Under the pieces are notes generated by a model. That model saw only the letters and a list, made by a program, of their open reading frames with translations. It was not told where the DNA came from and did not search any database. This document shows, one piece after another, positions 9,632 to 21,501 of a DNA stretch of 64,000 nucleotides (position 1 is its first letter; each line of letters opens with the position of its first letter). The stretch is from assembly GCA_963828125.1 (NCBI GenBank), contig CAWHDP010000002.1, positions 1,720,394 through 1,784,393 of the forward strand, given 5' to 3'. The translations under genes were made by a program, and so were the position numbers. This stretch comes from an uncultured Chlamydiae bacterium (GTDB lineage Bacteria; Chlamydiota; Chlamydiia; Chlamydiales; SM23-39).

Positions 9632-11174
9632 TTTTCATCCATTTTGTGAGTTCTTCTTCGCCAAGGGTCGCCGAGATCGGGTTTCCCAACGGATCATAAA
9701 GAGAATCTTTGCACTTTTGCACCTGGCGCCAAAGGGCCGTTGCCTGATCGATCGAAAATTGTGTCTGAGCGGATCTGCAAAAATGGGTGGCGATCTGGCC
9801 GATCTGTTTCCCTTCCCGCCAGTCGGCAAGAAAACGGGGGAAATCGGGGGCTTCAAGAAAGGGGGGAAGGGCTTCGACGAGGAGGGTTCGTTTGAGCGCT
9901 CTGCACTCGACGCCCAGTTGGTTTAAGGCTCCGATTTTCTCCTCATCGCCCCGCTCTAGGGGAATTTCCAGGGGCCAAATCAGGGGTTGGCTCACTTTTT
10001 TTTCTTGGTGGAGGGCGTCAAAGAGGAGGCGGGCGTGGGCCGCTTTCAAATCGACGAGGATGAGCCTTTCTTGCAGGACGAGGAGATAGCTGCCGATGAC
10101 GGCGAGGGGCTTTTCGGGAAACACAAGATCGAGGCTTTGCGGCTCGAAACGGATTTCGGCAGGCGGCGGGGCGTAGCTTTCGGCGAGCGAGAAGGCGGGG
10201 GACATGGTGAAAGAGATCGGCTCGGGGAAAATGATGGGTGGGGCAAAGGTCTCCTCAACGGCCTTGTGGACGGCGCGAAAGAGGGCCCCTTCATTATGAA
10301 AGCGGACCTCTTTTTTTTGAGGGTGGACGTTGAAGTCGACTTCGCTTGGGGGGAGGTTCAAAAAGAGGACGAAGCGAGGGTAGGCGTGTTCGCCGATCCG
10401 GGTGCCGTAGCCCTCTTTGACCGCTTTCGCAATGAGAGGGGAGAAAATGGGCCGTTGATTGATGTAGAGATATTGGCCTGTCCGGGTGGCGGAGGCTTTG
10501 AGCGGCTCTCCGATAAAGCCGAATACGGCGCCATTTTTGACTGTGTGTTCGTGTTCGCCTAAAATCTCCTCAATGCGGCTCTTGAAATCGGTCGGGGCCC
10601 ATTCCCTGCCGTTCAGAGAAAAGGCGATTTCGGGGTGGGCGATTGCGATATTCTCGACAATGCGGGTCACTTGAGCGGCATTGGCGGAGGGGGATTTTTG
10701 GAATTTTTTCCGGGCGGGGACGTTGTAAAAAAGGGAGCGGATCTCGATGGTCGTGCCCCGATTGCGGGCGCAAGGCTCTATGGAGAGAATCCGTCCCCCT
10801 TCGGTTAAGATGCGGGTTCCGGTTCCGTTAGAGGTCTCAATTTTGAGATGGGAGACCGCGGCCATCGCGGCCATCGCCTCGCCACGAAAGCCCATTGTGG
10901 CAAGGGTTTGCAGATCGTCCACCGATTGGATTTTCGAGGTGGCGTGCCGCTCTAAAGAGAGGGGGGCCTCTTCGGGGCTCATTCCGCAGCCGTCGTCTTC
11001 CACGCGGATGAGCTGCTCGCCGCCGCCCACAATCTGGATGGAGATCCGTTTGGCTCCGGCGTCGAGGCTGTTTTCGATGAGTTCTTTGACGATCGATGAG
11101 GGATTTTCAACGACTTCACCCGCAGCGATTTGGTTAATGACCGATTCGGAAAGCTTGAGAATTTTCGGATTCAT
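9624..11174 (-). CDS. mutL: DNA mismatch repair protein MutL
   Basis: N-terminal INQIAAGEVVENPSSIVKELIENSLDAG GHKL ATPase. I place the start at the ATG (MNPKIL) rather than the upstream TTG used in the ORF track. Confidence 0.9.
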   Translation of the reverse strand: MNPKILKLSESVINQIAAGEVVENPSSIVKELIENSLDAGAKRISIQIVGGGEQLIRVEDDGCGMSPEEAPLSLERHATSKIQSVDDLQTLATMGFRGEAMAAMAAVSHLKIETSNGTGTRILTEGGRILSIEPCARNRGTTIEIRSLFYNVPARKKFQKSPSANAAQVTRIVENIAIAHPEIAFSLNGREWAPTDFKSRIEEILGEHEHTVKNGAVFGFIGEPLKASATRTGQYLYINQRPIFSPLIAKAVKEGYGTRIGEHAYPRFVLFLNLPPSEVDFNVHPQKKEVRFHNEGALFRAVHKAVEETFAPPIIFPEPISFTMSPAFSLAESYAPPPAEIRFEPQSLDLVFPEKPLAVIGSYLLVLQERLILVDLKAAHARLLFDALHQEKKVSQPLIWPLEIPLERGDEEKIGALNQLGVECRALKRTLLVEALPPFLEAPDFPRFLADWREGKQIGQIATHFCRSAQTQFSIDQATALWRQVQKCKDSLYDPLGNPISATLGEEELTKWMKNG

Positions 11175-11215
11175 GAGCAAAATATATCAGACGCTCAAGT
11201 ATACTGCATGTCAAT

Positions 11216-11950
11216 ATGAGATGGTTATTGTTTTTCGCTGCATTTCCCCTCTTCGGCGCTTATGTGGGCAATCCGGCCGATCCCGCTTTAATGAACACCG
11301 GATTTTTTTCGGGAGGCTACCCTTTTTTTAAATTCACTTCTGGCTATATCTACGACTATACTTCGAATAAACGGTATGTCTCTTCTTCGCCAGATCAGGC
11401 GATTCGTCAATTTGGCCTCCATTCGCAGCTCGCGAGTTTCTCGTTTATTTTTATAGAGCGTCTTCAAGTGTTTGGCACGGCGGGAGGGTCGAAAGAGGTG
11501 GTTGAGGAAAAAAAGCTCTACGACATGCTTTTCGAATCCCACACGAATTACCACTTTTCTTGGAGCGCGGGGGCCAAGGTGATCTTTTTGCAGTGGGGTC
11601 AAACCTATTTGAGCGGAGATTTCACCTATTTCACGATTCCTTCATCGCATAAATCGTTCTTTAAATATTTAAACAGGCTCCATTTGCCATTGTCTGAGCC
11701 GGGAAAATTCTCTTTGCGCGAGTGGCAGGTCAGCGGAGGGCTCTCTTCCCGCTTTTGGTTCCTGACCCCCTATGTCGGGGGAACCTATCTCCACTCTCGG
11801 CTGAGAGCAGACGTCCGTTATCGCAATCAGCTTAATTGGGGCTATTTCTACGGTCTCACCGTATCGCTGACCGGCCGGCTCCAACTCAACTTTGAGCGGC
11901 GGATGCGCGATGAGTCTGCCTACACTTTTTCCTCTATAGCGGTGTTTTAA
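11216..11950 (+). CDS. MOMP/PorB-like outer membrane beta-barrel protein (short, cysteine-free)
   Basis: 244 aa with a signal peptide. AYVGNPADPALM resembles the mature N-terminus of chlamydial MOMP (VGNPAEPSLM). Alternating aromatic beta-strand pattern and a C-terminal ...SSIAVF. Confidence 0.55.
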   Translation: MRWLLFFAAFPLFGAYVGNPADPALMNTGFFSGGYPFFKFTSGYIYDYTSNKRYVSSSPDQAIRQFGLHSQLASFSFIFIERLQVFGTAGGSKEVVEEKKLYDMLFESHTNYHFSWSAGAKVIFLQWGQTYLSGDFTYFTIPSSHKSFFKYLNRLHLPLSEPGKFSLREWQVSGGLSSRFWFLTPYVGGTYLHSRLRADVRYRNQLNWGYFYGLTVSLTGRLQLNFERRMRDESAYTFSSIAVF

Positions 11951-13170
11951 TGGAAGAGCACTCTCAGGCGAGATTCATCGTGGAGACTTTGGCAAAGGCT
12001 GGCTTTATTGCCTACTATGCGGGGGGCTGGGTGAGGGATCTTTTATTGAAGCATCCGTCGGATGATATCGATATCGCGACGAATGCGCCGCCAGAGACGA
12101 TCCAAGCTCTCTTTCCCCATACAGTCCCTGTTGGAATTGCTTTCGGGATCGTGATTGTGATTGTCGATGGGCGGCAGTACGAGGTCGCCACTTTTCGGCA
12201 AGATCTCGACTATGCGGACGGACGGCGCCCCTCGCGCATCGTCTTTGCGACGGCTGCGGAAGACGCGCGGAGGCGCGATTTCACGATCAACGGGATGTTC
12301 TACGATCCGCTCTCTGGCGAAATTTTCGACTATGTTGAAGGGAGAGCCGATTTGGAGGCAAAAATCATCAGGGCGATCGGCAATCCCCACGAGAGGATCA
12401 AAGAAGATCGTCTCCGGATGATGCGCGCGGTCCGCCTCGCTTGCCGATTTGGCTTTCAGATTGAGCCAAAGACTGCTGCAGCGATCCGCTCCCATGCAGA
12501 AGAGCTCTTCCCTGCCGTCGCTATCGAGCGCATTTGGCAGGAACTGAGCAAAGGTCACGACTTCGGCAAACTCTGTCCTATGCTCATCCAGCTTCATGAA
12601 TTCGGTCTCTTACCGGTCATTTTCCCGTCGTTAAAGGGGGTTCCGCTTGCCCAAATCGAAGAGCGGTTAGAGCGGGTTTTCCTCTATCCCAAAGAGGCTC
12701 CGGTCATCGCATCTCTTTTGCCTCTCTTCCCTCACAGTACTCTTGAAGAGGAGCTTGCCCTCTGCAAACAACTCAAACGATCGAGCGCGGATCAGCAGTT
12801 TACCGCCTTTCTCCATCACGCCCGCCAGCTTGTCTGCCGGGCCGAATCTCTCGAACGGGCCGATTGGGCCCATTTTTATGCCCACCCGCTGGCCCCCATG
12901 TCGCTCCAAATCCTCAGCGCCCACGCCGATCGGCTCCCATTTCTCAAAGAGCACGAAGAGCGGCTTGCGCTCCTTGCTCCGTGGATTGAGCGGATTCAGA
13001 GACGAGAGCCGGTCGTTGGATCGGAACATCTTCTCAAAGCGGGGATCCAGCCTGGAGTTGCCATGGGACTTTTATTGAAAGAGGCCGAGCGGATCGCAAT
13101 CAATAGAGAGCTTTGTGATCCCAAACTAGTGATCGAACAGCTCAGGAGATCGCCGCTATGGCCAAATTGA
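11950..13170 (+). CDS. cca: tRNA nucleotidyltransferase (CCA-adding) / poly(A) polymerase family
   Basis: 406 aa. Motifs GGWVRDLLLKHPSDDIDIAT and RDFTINGMFYD. Confidence 0.8.
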   Translation: MEEHSQARFIVETLAKAGFIAYYAGGWVRDLLLKHPSDDIDIATNAPPETIQALFPHTVPVGIAFGIVIVIVDGRQYEVATFRQDLDYADGRRPSRIVFATAAEDARRRDFTINGMFYDPLSGEIFDYVEGRADLEAKIIRAIGNPHERIKEDRLRMMRAVRLACRFGFQIEPKTAAAIRSHAEELFPAVAIERIWQELSKGHDFGKLCPMLIQLHEFGLLPVIFPSLKGVPLAQIEERLERVFLYPKEAPVIASLLPLFPHSTLEEELALCKQLKRSSADQQFTAFLHHARQLVCRAESLERADWAHFYAHPLAPMSLQILSAHADRLPFLKEHEERLALLAPWIERIQRREPVVGSEHLLKAGIQPGVAMGLLLKEAERIAINRELCDPKLVIEQLRRSPLWPN

Positions 13171-13472
13171 TCTGTTTTTTGCTTCTCTTCGGCCCGCTCT
13201 CTGCCGATATCCTATATCAACGGCCGCTCTCCGATGCTAAATTCAAAGAACTCGCCCAATTCGGCATGGAGCTTGCCTTCGCCCCGTTGCCGCCTACCCG
13301 TTTAGGGGCGCACCTATCTCCTCCGCGAAAAGAGGGGATCCTCTCTCCCTCCGATTTTAATCGAACTGGAAATATCTGCAAGAAATGGCTCCAGATCTCG
13401 CCGATCAAGCCCAATCAAAGAATCCGATTGGAATATAAAAAAAGGGAGCCTGATAGACCCCCTGTCAAATAA
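13158..13472 (+). CDS. hypothetical secreted protein
   Basis: 104 aa. Signal-peptide-like MAKLICFLLLFGPLSADI. Overlaps the cca end by 13 nt. No recognisable domain. Confidence 0.3.
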   Translation: MAKLICFLLLFGPLSADILYQRPLSDAKFKELAQFGMELAFAPLPPTRLGAHLSPPRKEGILSPSDFNRTGNICKKWLQISPIKPNQRIRLEYKKREPDRPPVK

Positions 13473-13479
13473 GGGAAAA

Positions 13480-13662
13480 TTATTGCTGGGCTAAGTTTTC
13501 GATCGACATGGCGCTGTGATGGGCAGCCGCTTTATGTTTTTTGCGGCGGGTCGTTTTTCTTTTCCTAGCTACTTTTCTTTTCGCAACTTTTTTTCTTTTG
13601 TGCGCGGTTCTTTTTTTTGTTTTCGCTTTCGCTCTTGTTTTTTTTCTTTTTCGTACAGCCAT
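13480..13662 (-). CDS. Lys/Arg-rich histone H1-like nucleoid protein (Hc-like)
   Basis: 60 aa from MAVRKRKKTRAKAKTKKRTAHKRKKVAKRKVARKRKTTRRKKHK. AAGGAGG lies 5 nt before this ATG, and the longer ORF-track start is unlikely. Composition resembles chlamydial Hc1/Hc2 tails. Confidence 0.5.
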   Translation of the reverse strand: MAVRKRKKTRAKAKTKKRTAHKRKKVAKRKVARKRKTTRRKKHKAAAHHSAMSIENLAQQ

Positions 13663-13713
13663 ATTTTCCTCCTTGGACTGATAACCTCTCAATGCAAAAT
13701 CTGTAATTAATTA

Positions 13714-15123
13714 TCAATCGGAAAGATGAAAAATCAGCAAAGTCATGTCGTCGTGCTGGGGGGCGCCTTGGCTAAAAAGCCGCACATTTTCGATTGTTTG
13801 ATCTACCCGCTGCTGAGCGGTTCCTCCTGTTTTGCGGGCTAAAAGTTCATACAGCCTTTTTTTTCCAAACAGTTCTCTCTTTGGATTATGCGCTTCAATA
13901 ATCCCATCGGTATACAACACTAAAGTATCCCCTTTTTCTAGAGAAATTTCCTTCAGCCGGACCACATCGGTTTTTTGGGCCCCGAGAGCAATCCCCTCTG
14001 TCCACAATTCTTTTTGTTCCGTCGCGCGCACTAACAGCGCAGGCGGGTGGCCTTGGCTGCAATAGACCAAATTCCGGCTTTTAGGATCATAGATCCCGAT
14101 CCAAAGGGTCGAAAACATCGAAGATTCGTGCACGTCGGTCCAATACAGATCGTTCGCCCGCCTCACCAGTTCTCCCAAATCCTCCGTGACGCTGCCGAGC
14201 GCTCGGATCATGCTCCGCAAGCCCAGTGAAAAAAGACAGGCGGAGATCCCTTTGCCCGCGGTATCGCAGATCGCAATCAAAATGCGCCCATTTTCCAAGC
14301 GGAATAGATCGTAAAAATCGCCGTTGACCTCTTTCGAGGAGAAGCAGCCGGCCGCAATATCGAGCCCTGGTGCGCCAGGGACCCGGATCGGGAATAAACT
14401 GGCCTGGATTTCATGGCCGATCCGGAGCTCGCTGGAGAGTCTCTCCCGGGCGAGACGCTCCCGCTCCGCTTCTTGAACGTTTCTCTGAAGAGCGTCGAGA
14501 GTCTCGTTGAATTGCACGCCGAGGGCATTGATTTCAAACCCCATCCAATCAGGGGTATAACGGACGTGAGCCGCCCCTTCGGAGACCCGTTCCATCGCTT
14601 TGCATAGGCTCCTGAGGGGCCTTGCCATCCGGCGGGCGAATAGATAAACAGCCCCGCCGCCGAGAATTCCGACAAAAAAGAGGAGGGTTCCGAATCTAAA
14701 ATAGTAGCTCGTCTTGTGGAGCCCTTCAACGCGGCTGATTTCAAGGCTCAATTCAAGGGTGAGGGGTGGGTGAGTGAGGGTTTTCGAGGCCTTGAGCGCA
14801 GGGCCGCTCAACTTTCGGTTTTCCCATAAAAGTTTTCTGTCGCTATTGAATAGGGCGATCCGGACCGGATAGGCGCTCGGAAGATCTCTTCCGAACTCTT
14901 CGAAGGGGAGGGAGGGGCTTTGTTCGATGAGGAGGGCTCTCTCCTCTGCCAAGAGATGGAGATCGTTTTGGACGTCGTTCAATTTTTGTCTATATTCCTG
15001 CCGGTAAAGAAATAGGCTCTGCAGAAAGAGGGGCATGACGAGCAAAAGAAGGCATATGACGAGGATTCTACGGGCCATAGAGCCGGTCGGATGGCGCTTT
15101 TTTGTTATTTTGGAATCCTTCAT
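13714..15123 (-). CDS. rsbU: RsbU-type sensor PP2C serine phosphatase (periplasmic domain, TM/HAMP region, SpoIIE domain)
   Basis: 469 aa. N-terminal TM, a second TM plus linker, then a PP2C core (GDFYD...IAICDTAGKG...LVLYTDGIIEA...HDDMTLL). Confidence 0.8.
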   Translation of the reverse strand: MKDSKITKKRHPTGSMARRILVICLLLLVMPLFLQSLFLYRQEYRQKLNDVQNDLHLLAEERALLIEQSPSLPFEEFGRDLPSAYPVRIALFNSDRKLLWENRKLSGPALKASKTLTHPPLTLELSLEISRVEGLHKTSYYFRFGTLLFFVGILGGGAVYLFARRMARPLRSLCKAMERVSEGAAHVRYTPDWMGFEINALGVQFNETLDALQRNVQEAERERLARERLSSELRIGHEIQASLFPIRVPGAPGLDIAAGCFSSKEVNGDFYDLFRLENGRILIAICDTAGKGISACLFSLGLRSMIRALGSVTEDLGELVRRANDLYWTDVHESSMFSTLWIGIYDPKSRNLVYCSQGHPPALLVRATEQKELWTEGIALGAQKTDVVRLKEISLEKGDTLVLYTDGIIEAHNPKRELFGKKRLYELLARKTGGTAQQRVDQTIENVRLFSQGAPQHDDMTLLIFHLSD

Positions 15124-15133
15124 ACTGATTTAG

Positions 15134-15846
15134 ATGGTAACAAAAAAGATTACGAGCTTACAACATCCCCTTGTTAAGCACTGGGTGCAGCTCAGGATAG
15201 AGAGAGCCTATCGCGAAGAGGCTCAGCGCCTTCTCATCGTCGGAGAAAAAATGGTGAGGGAGCTGTCTTGCCGGCGTTTGATCTCTTTGGAACCGACGCC
15301 GGAGATTCGGGCGGAGGAAAACATCCTCGTTTCCGAGCCGATTTTAAAAAAAATCACCGGCCTGAATCAACCTGACGGCTTTGCAGCGGAAATCGACATG
15401 CCCCCGCCCCAAGACGTACGGGGCCAACCCTTTCTTTTAGTGCTCGATAGAATCGCCGATCCGGGGAATTTGGGGACCCTCTTCCGAACAGCCCTCGCCC
15501 TGAATTGGGGCGGAGTGATTTTGACTCCGGGAACCGTCGATCTATTCAACGATAAGGCGCTCCGCGCAGGAAAAGGGGCTCAAGTTCACCTTCCCTATAT
15601 GTATTTAACTCCTGAGGAAATCATCCAGATCAAGACCTGTTTTTACACGGCTGATTTGGAAGGGGAGCCGCTGGGCGCAAGCCATTTTTCTCCGCCGCTT
15701 GCCCTGATTTTGAGTCATGAGGGGCAGGGGGCGGGCTGTTGGTCGGAGCCGAGCGCCCGGAAGATTTCGATTCCGATGAATCGAGCCGTTGAATCGCTGA
15801 ATGTCGCCGCATCAGGGGCCATCTTGCTATATATTATGAGGTTGGA

Positions 15847-15850
<4 letters not shown>
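15134..15850 (+). CDS. SpoU/TrmH family RNA 2'-O-methyltransferase
   Basis: 238 aa. Motifs DRIADPGNLGTLFRTA, ILSHEGQG and IPMNRAVESLNVAASGAILLY. Confidence 0.75.
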
Positions 15851-18166
<2,316 letters not shown>

Positions 18167-18199
18167 AATAAATTCCTCTCCTGAGTATCGAGAGGATAT

Positions 18200-18586
18200 A
18201 TGAAACAAATTATCGCACTCTTTGGCGAGGCTGAAAAAGGGGCCTTCAAAGTGCCCCATCTCCTCGGCAAGCTCCCGCAGCTCGTAGATCTTTTAGGCAA
18301 TCCGCCCGCCGAGAGCCAGGGGCTCTATTTTGCCGTCCAGGCGATCCTTTACAATCGGGAGATCCTTTTTTTCCGAGTGGCCGAAGAAGGATTTAGCCAG
18401 ATCGATTATTTTCAGGGACTTAAATTTCTAGAAAACAGGGAAAAAGTGAAGTCGGTACACGCCATTTGCCTGCCAGGCGTAGGAGACCCTGAAATTCTAG
18501 CCCTCACAGAAGGGGTGTGCCACATTCACAAAAGCCTTCTGATCACCAATCAGAAGGATCTCTATGATTTTCTGACGTCTCAGTAA
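18200..18586 (+). CDS. hypothetical protein
   Basis: 128 aa with GAGAGGA before the ATG. No motif recognised. Confidence 0.4.
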   Translation: MKQIIALFGEAEKGAFKVPHLLGKLPQLVDLLGNPPAESQGLYFAVQAILYNREILFFRVAEEGFSQIDYFQGLKFLENREKVKSVHAICLPGVGDPEILALTEGVCHIHKSLLITNQKDLYDFLTSQ

Positions 18587-18598
18587 CTGATGTCCGGT

Positions 18599-21409
18599 TT
18601 AAAAATCTTTGCCGATTTGCAGAGAGGCAAAGTAGGATTGCATTAAAGAGCCCCATTCTCCCTGCAGATCAATTGTGAAATAGGGAATCTGAGGATGAGA
18701 GGGGAGGAAAGAACAGCGGAACTCTACAGCGGCTAAATTTTGCATTAATAAAGAGCCTGTCGTAATGGAGAAAATCGACGCTGATCCGATGAATAGGGCC
18801 GATGGGGAGCTGCTATAGAAAGGCGTCTGGTTGATATAGCTCCCTTTTTCCATGAATACGAGATCCCCCCAGCTCATGGCAAGAGTTTCATAAAAACGGA
18901 CGCCCCCTTCGCTCCGGAGCAGGGAGGCGTACTGAGAGGGGACTTTGAGAGTCATTTCCGCAGATCCCTTTTCAAGGGATTTTTTTTGCCAATTATTCGC
19001 CCAATCGCACATCCCAAATGGCTGCACGCGTAAGCCTCCGCTTTTAGATAAAATATCTCCGCCGAATTCTGCATGCGGGGACAACACGTAGCCTGTTGAA
19101 TGGCACCGAGAGGTGACGCTTCCCGATGTTTTGCGGATGCTGCGCAATTGATATCCGCCTCCCCAGCAGGAGGCGTTGAAGTAGAGGAAATCGCCTTCCC
19201 AAGACCCATAGGCTACCCCTGCCTCTTGGTTGATATTGGCAGACCCCAGCCCTTTTTGGTAATGGACATGGTTATAGGCATAGCCAGCCCCGACGCCGAT
19301 GAGCCCCCCCTTGCCGATCCGGGCGTCAAATGCGGCCAATCCTCCGGCAATTTCATTGGTAAAACCGGGCGTTGACTCTTGTGTTTTTTCGAAAATAAAA
19401 TCGTTAAAAGGGGTGAACTGCACAGAATAAGGGGCTTGTTTTTGCGCGGGGGTTGAACAGAGCTGTTTACGCTGCGGACTTCCTTTGATTTGCTTCCCCG
19501 CATCGGCCATAAGGCTAACGGTAGCGTCATGTCCGGGGGTTTTGGGTATATTTCTAGAGGACAAAAAGGAGAGTTCGAGCGTTTTGGAAAGAGTCAAGAG
19601 AGAGTTGAAGACGCTATTGACCCAGACGCCGCCTATACCGGACGACCAACGGAGAGGGAGAACGGAAGGAGAGCTCCCTAAAGAGACATAGTAGACGTAG
19701 GGGCTGGGCGCAGGATCCCAGATCCAGCCTTGGCTTCCGTCTGCGCTAAAGGCGCTGCTTTCAGCGCTCATTAGGTAGGTGAGCTGACCGTTTTGAGGAT
19801 CTGTTGGAGACGAGGAAGAGAGATAGTAAATGTAGGGACTTGTCACATTCGTATCCCAGATCCAACCCTGGCTAGCGTCTTGACTAAACGCAACGCCCTC
19901 AGCATTCATCAAAGAGGTCATCTGAGCGGTTTGAGGCTCTGTGGGAGATGTGGCACTGAGATAGTAGATGTAAGGGCTCGGCACGTCCTCATCCCAGATC
20001 CAGCCTTGGCTTGCATTTGGGTTAAACTGGTGGCTTTGAGCATTCATTAGGTTAATGAGGTGAGTATTTTGGGGTTCCGTGGGAGACGTCGCGGAGAAGT
20101 AGTAGATCGAGGGGTTCATGACGCCATAATCCCAGATCCAGCCCTGGCTCGCATCTTGGCTAAATGAGTTCGCTTCTGCATTGATCAGATGGGTCAGCTG
20201 AACGCTCTCAGGGTCTGTTGGAGATGAGGAAGAAAAGAAATAGATGTAGGGTTCTGGTAGGCCTCCGTCCCAGATCCAGCCCTGGCTGGCGTCTTCACTA
20301 AACGCGGAATAGTTTGCATACATCAGATGGGTGAGCTGGGTATCTTGAGGGGCTGTTGGGGATGCGGAAGAGAGGTAGTAGATGTAGGGATGCGTTACGA
20401 TCGGATCCCAGATCCATCCCTGGCTTGCATCTTGGCTAAAATGGGCGCCCTCAGCATTTGTGAGATGGGTGAGCTGAGTATCTTGAGGCACGGTGGGAGA
20501 TGTCGAAGAGAGATAGTAGATATAAGGGCTCGCGAGGCCGACGTCCCAGATCCATCCCTGGCTTGCATCTTGGCTAAAATGGAAGCCGTTCGCATTGAGC
20601 ATGAGGTGGGTGAGTTGAGTATCTTGGGGTATGGTGGGAGATGTGGAAGAAAAATAGTAGATGTAGGGACTCACTACGTTATAATCCCAAATCCAGCCCT
20701 GGCTGGCATCTTCGCTAAACGAACTCCTCATAGCATTTTGTAGATGGGTGAGTTGAGCATCTTGAGGCATGGTGGGAGATATGGAAGAGAAATAGTAGAT
20801 GTAGGGACTCATTACGTTCTTATCCCAGATCCAGCCCTGCCCTCCATCTTGACCAAACAGGAAATTTTCAGCATTTTGTAGATGGGTGAGTTGAGTATTG
20901 AGAGGCATTGATGAGGCAGAGAGGTAATAGATGTAGGGGCTCACTTTATTGTAATCCCAGATCCAACCCTGACTTCCGTCTTGAGCAAACGCACTGATTT
21001 CAGCATTGGTTAGATTAGACAGCTCATTATATTGAGGATCGGTTGGAGATAAGGCAGAGAGATAATAGATGTAAGGGCTTGATACAGAGGCGTCCCAGAT
21101 CCAGCCCTGGCTCGCATCTTGAGCAAACGCGCTGACATAAGCATTCATGAGGTGGTCAAGCTGGATACTTTGAGGGTTTGTGGGAGATGCGGCAGAGAGG
21201 TAGTAGACGTAGGGGGCTGCTGCGCCGTAATCCCAGATCCAGCCCTGGCTTGCACCCTGGTTAAACGCGCTGATTCCAGCATTTGTTAGAGCGGTGAGCT
21301 GAACGTCTTGGGTCTCAATGACCGAGGCGTGGAGCCTAGAGAAACTGGTCAACAGGAGGAGGAGAGAGGGTAGATTGTTTAGGCAGAACGTTTTTTCAGG
21401 TCGGTGCAT
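18599..21409 (-). CDS. autotransporter outer membrane protein with a novel repeat passenger domain
   Basis: 936 aa. Signal peptide, 12 tandem 46-aa repeats, a Ser/Pro linker, and a ~300 aa C-terminal beta-barrel-like region ending ...ASLQIGKDF. Confidence 0.75.
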   Translation of the reverse strand: MHRPEKTFCLNNLPSLLLLLTSFSRLHASVIETQDVQLTALTNAGISAFNQGASQGWIWDYGAAAPYVYYLSAASPTNPQSIQLDHLMNAYVSAFAQDASQGWIWDASVSSPYIYYLSALSPTDPQYNELSNLTNAEISAFAQDGSQGWIWDYNKVSPYIYYLSASSMPLNTQLTHLQNAENFLFGQDGGQGWIWDKNVMSPYIYYFSSISPTMPQDAQLTHLQNAMRSSFSEDASQGWIWDYNVVSPYIYYFSSTSPTIPQDTQLTHLMLNANGFHFSQDASQGWIWDVGLASPYIYYLSSTSPTVPQDTQLTHLTNAEGAHFSQDASQGWIWDPIVTHPYIYYLSSASPTAPQDTQLTHLMYANYSAFSEDASQGWIWDGGLPEPYIYFFSSSSPTDPESVQLTHLINAEANSFSQDASQGWIWDYGVMNPSIYYFSATSPTEPQNTHLINLMNAQSHQFNPNASQGWIWDEDVPSPYIYYLSATSPTEPQTAQMTSLMNAEGVAFSQDASQGWIWDTNVTSPYIYYLSSSSPTDPQNGQLTYLMSAESSAFSADGSQGWIWDPAPSPYVYYVSLGSSPSVLPLRWSSGIGGVWVNSVFNSLLTLSKTLELSFLSSRNIPKTPGHDATVSLMADAGKQIKGSPQRKQLCSTPAQKQAPYSVQFTPFNDFIFEKTQESTPGFTNEIAGGLAAFDARIGKGGLIGVGAGYAYNHVHYQKGLGSANINQEAGVAYGSWEGDFLYFNASCWGGGYQLRSIRKTSGSVTSRCHSTGYVLSPHAEFGGDILSKSGGLRVQPFGMCDWANNWQKKSLEKGSAEMTLKVPSQYASLLRSEGGVRFYETLAMSWGDLVFMEKGSYINQTPFYSSSPSALFIGSASIFSITTGSLLMQNLAAVEFRCSFLPSHPQIPYFTIDLQGEWGSLMQSYFASLQIGKDF
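19670..21301 (-). repeat. 12 tandem ~138-bp coding repeats (46 aa: QLTHLxNAExxxFSQDASQGWIWDxxVxSPYIYYLSSTSPTxPQDT)
   Basis: QGWIWD recurs at aa 55, 101, 147, 191, 237, 284, 330, 376, 422, 468, 514 and 560 of the ORF. Confidence 0.9.
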
Positions 21410-21422
21410 GCTATTGTCCTCG

Positions 21423-21439
21423 GTGAGAAATGCGGGCTA
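21423..21439. repeat. solo terminus of family-A element (A6)
   Basis: gtgagaaatgcgggcta, identical to the right end of A1 and A3. Lies 14 nt upstream of the autotransporter ATG. Confidence 0.6.
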
Positions 21440-21501
21440 GAGAGACGCCCCTTTATTTTTTTCTTATAAGCGAGGATTTTGTTTCACACAATCTCAATTT
21501 C

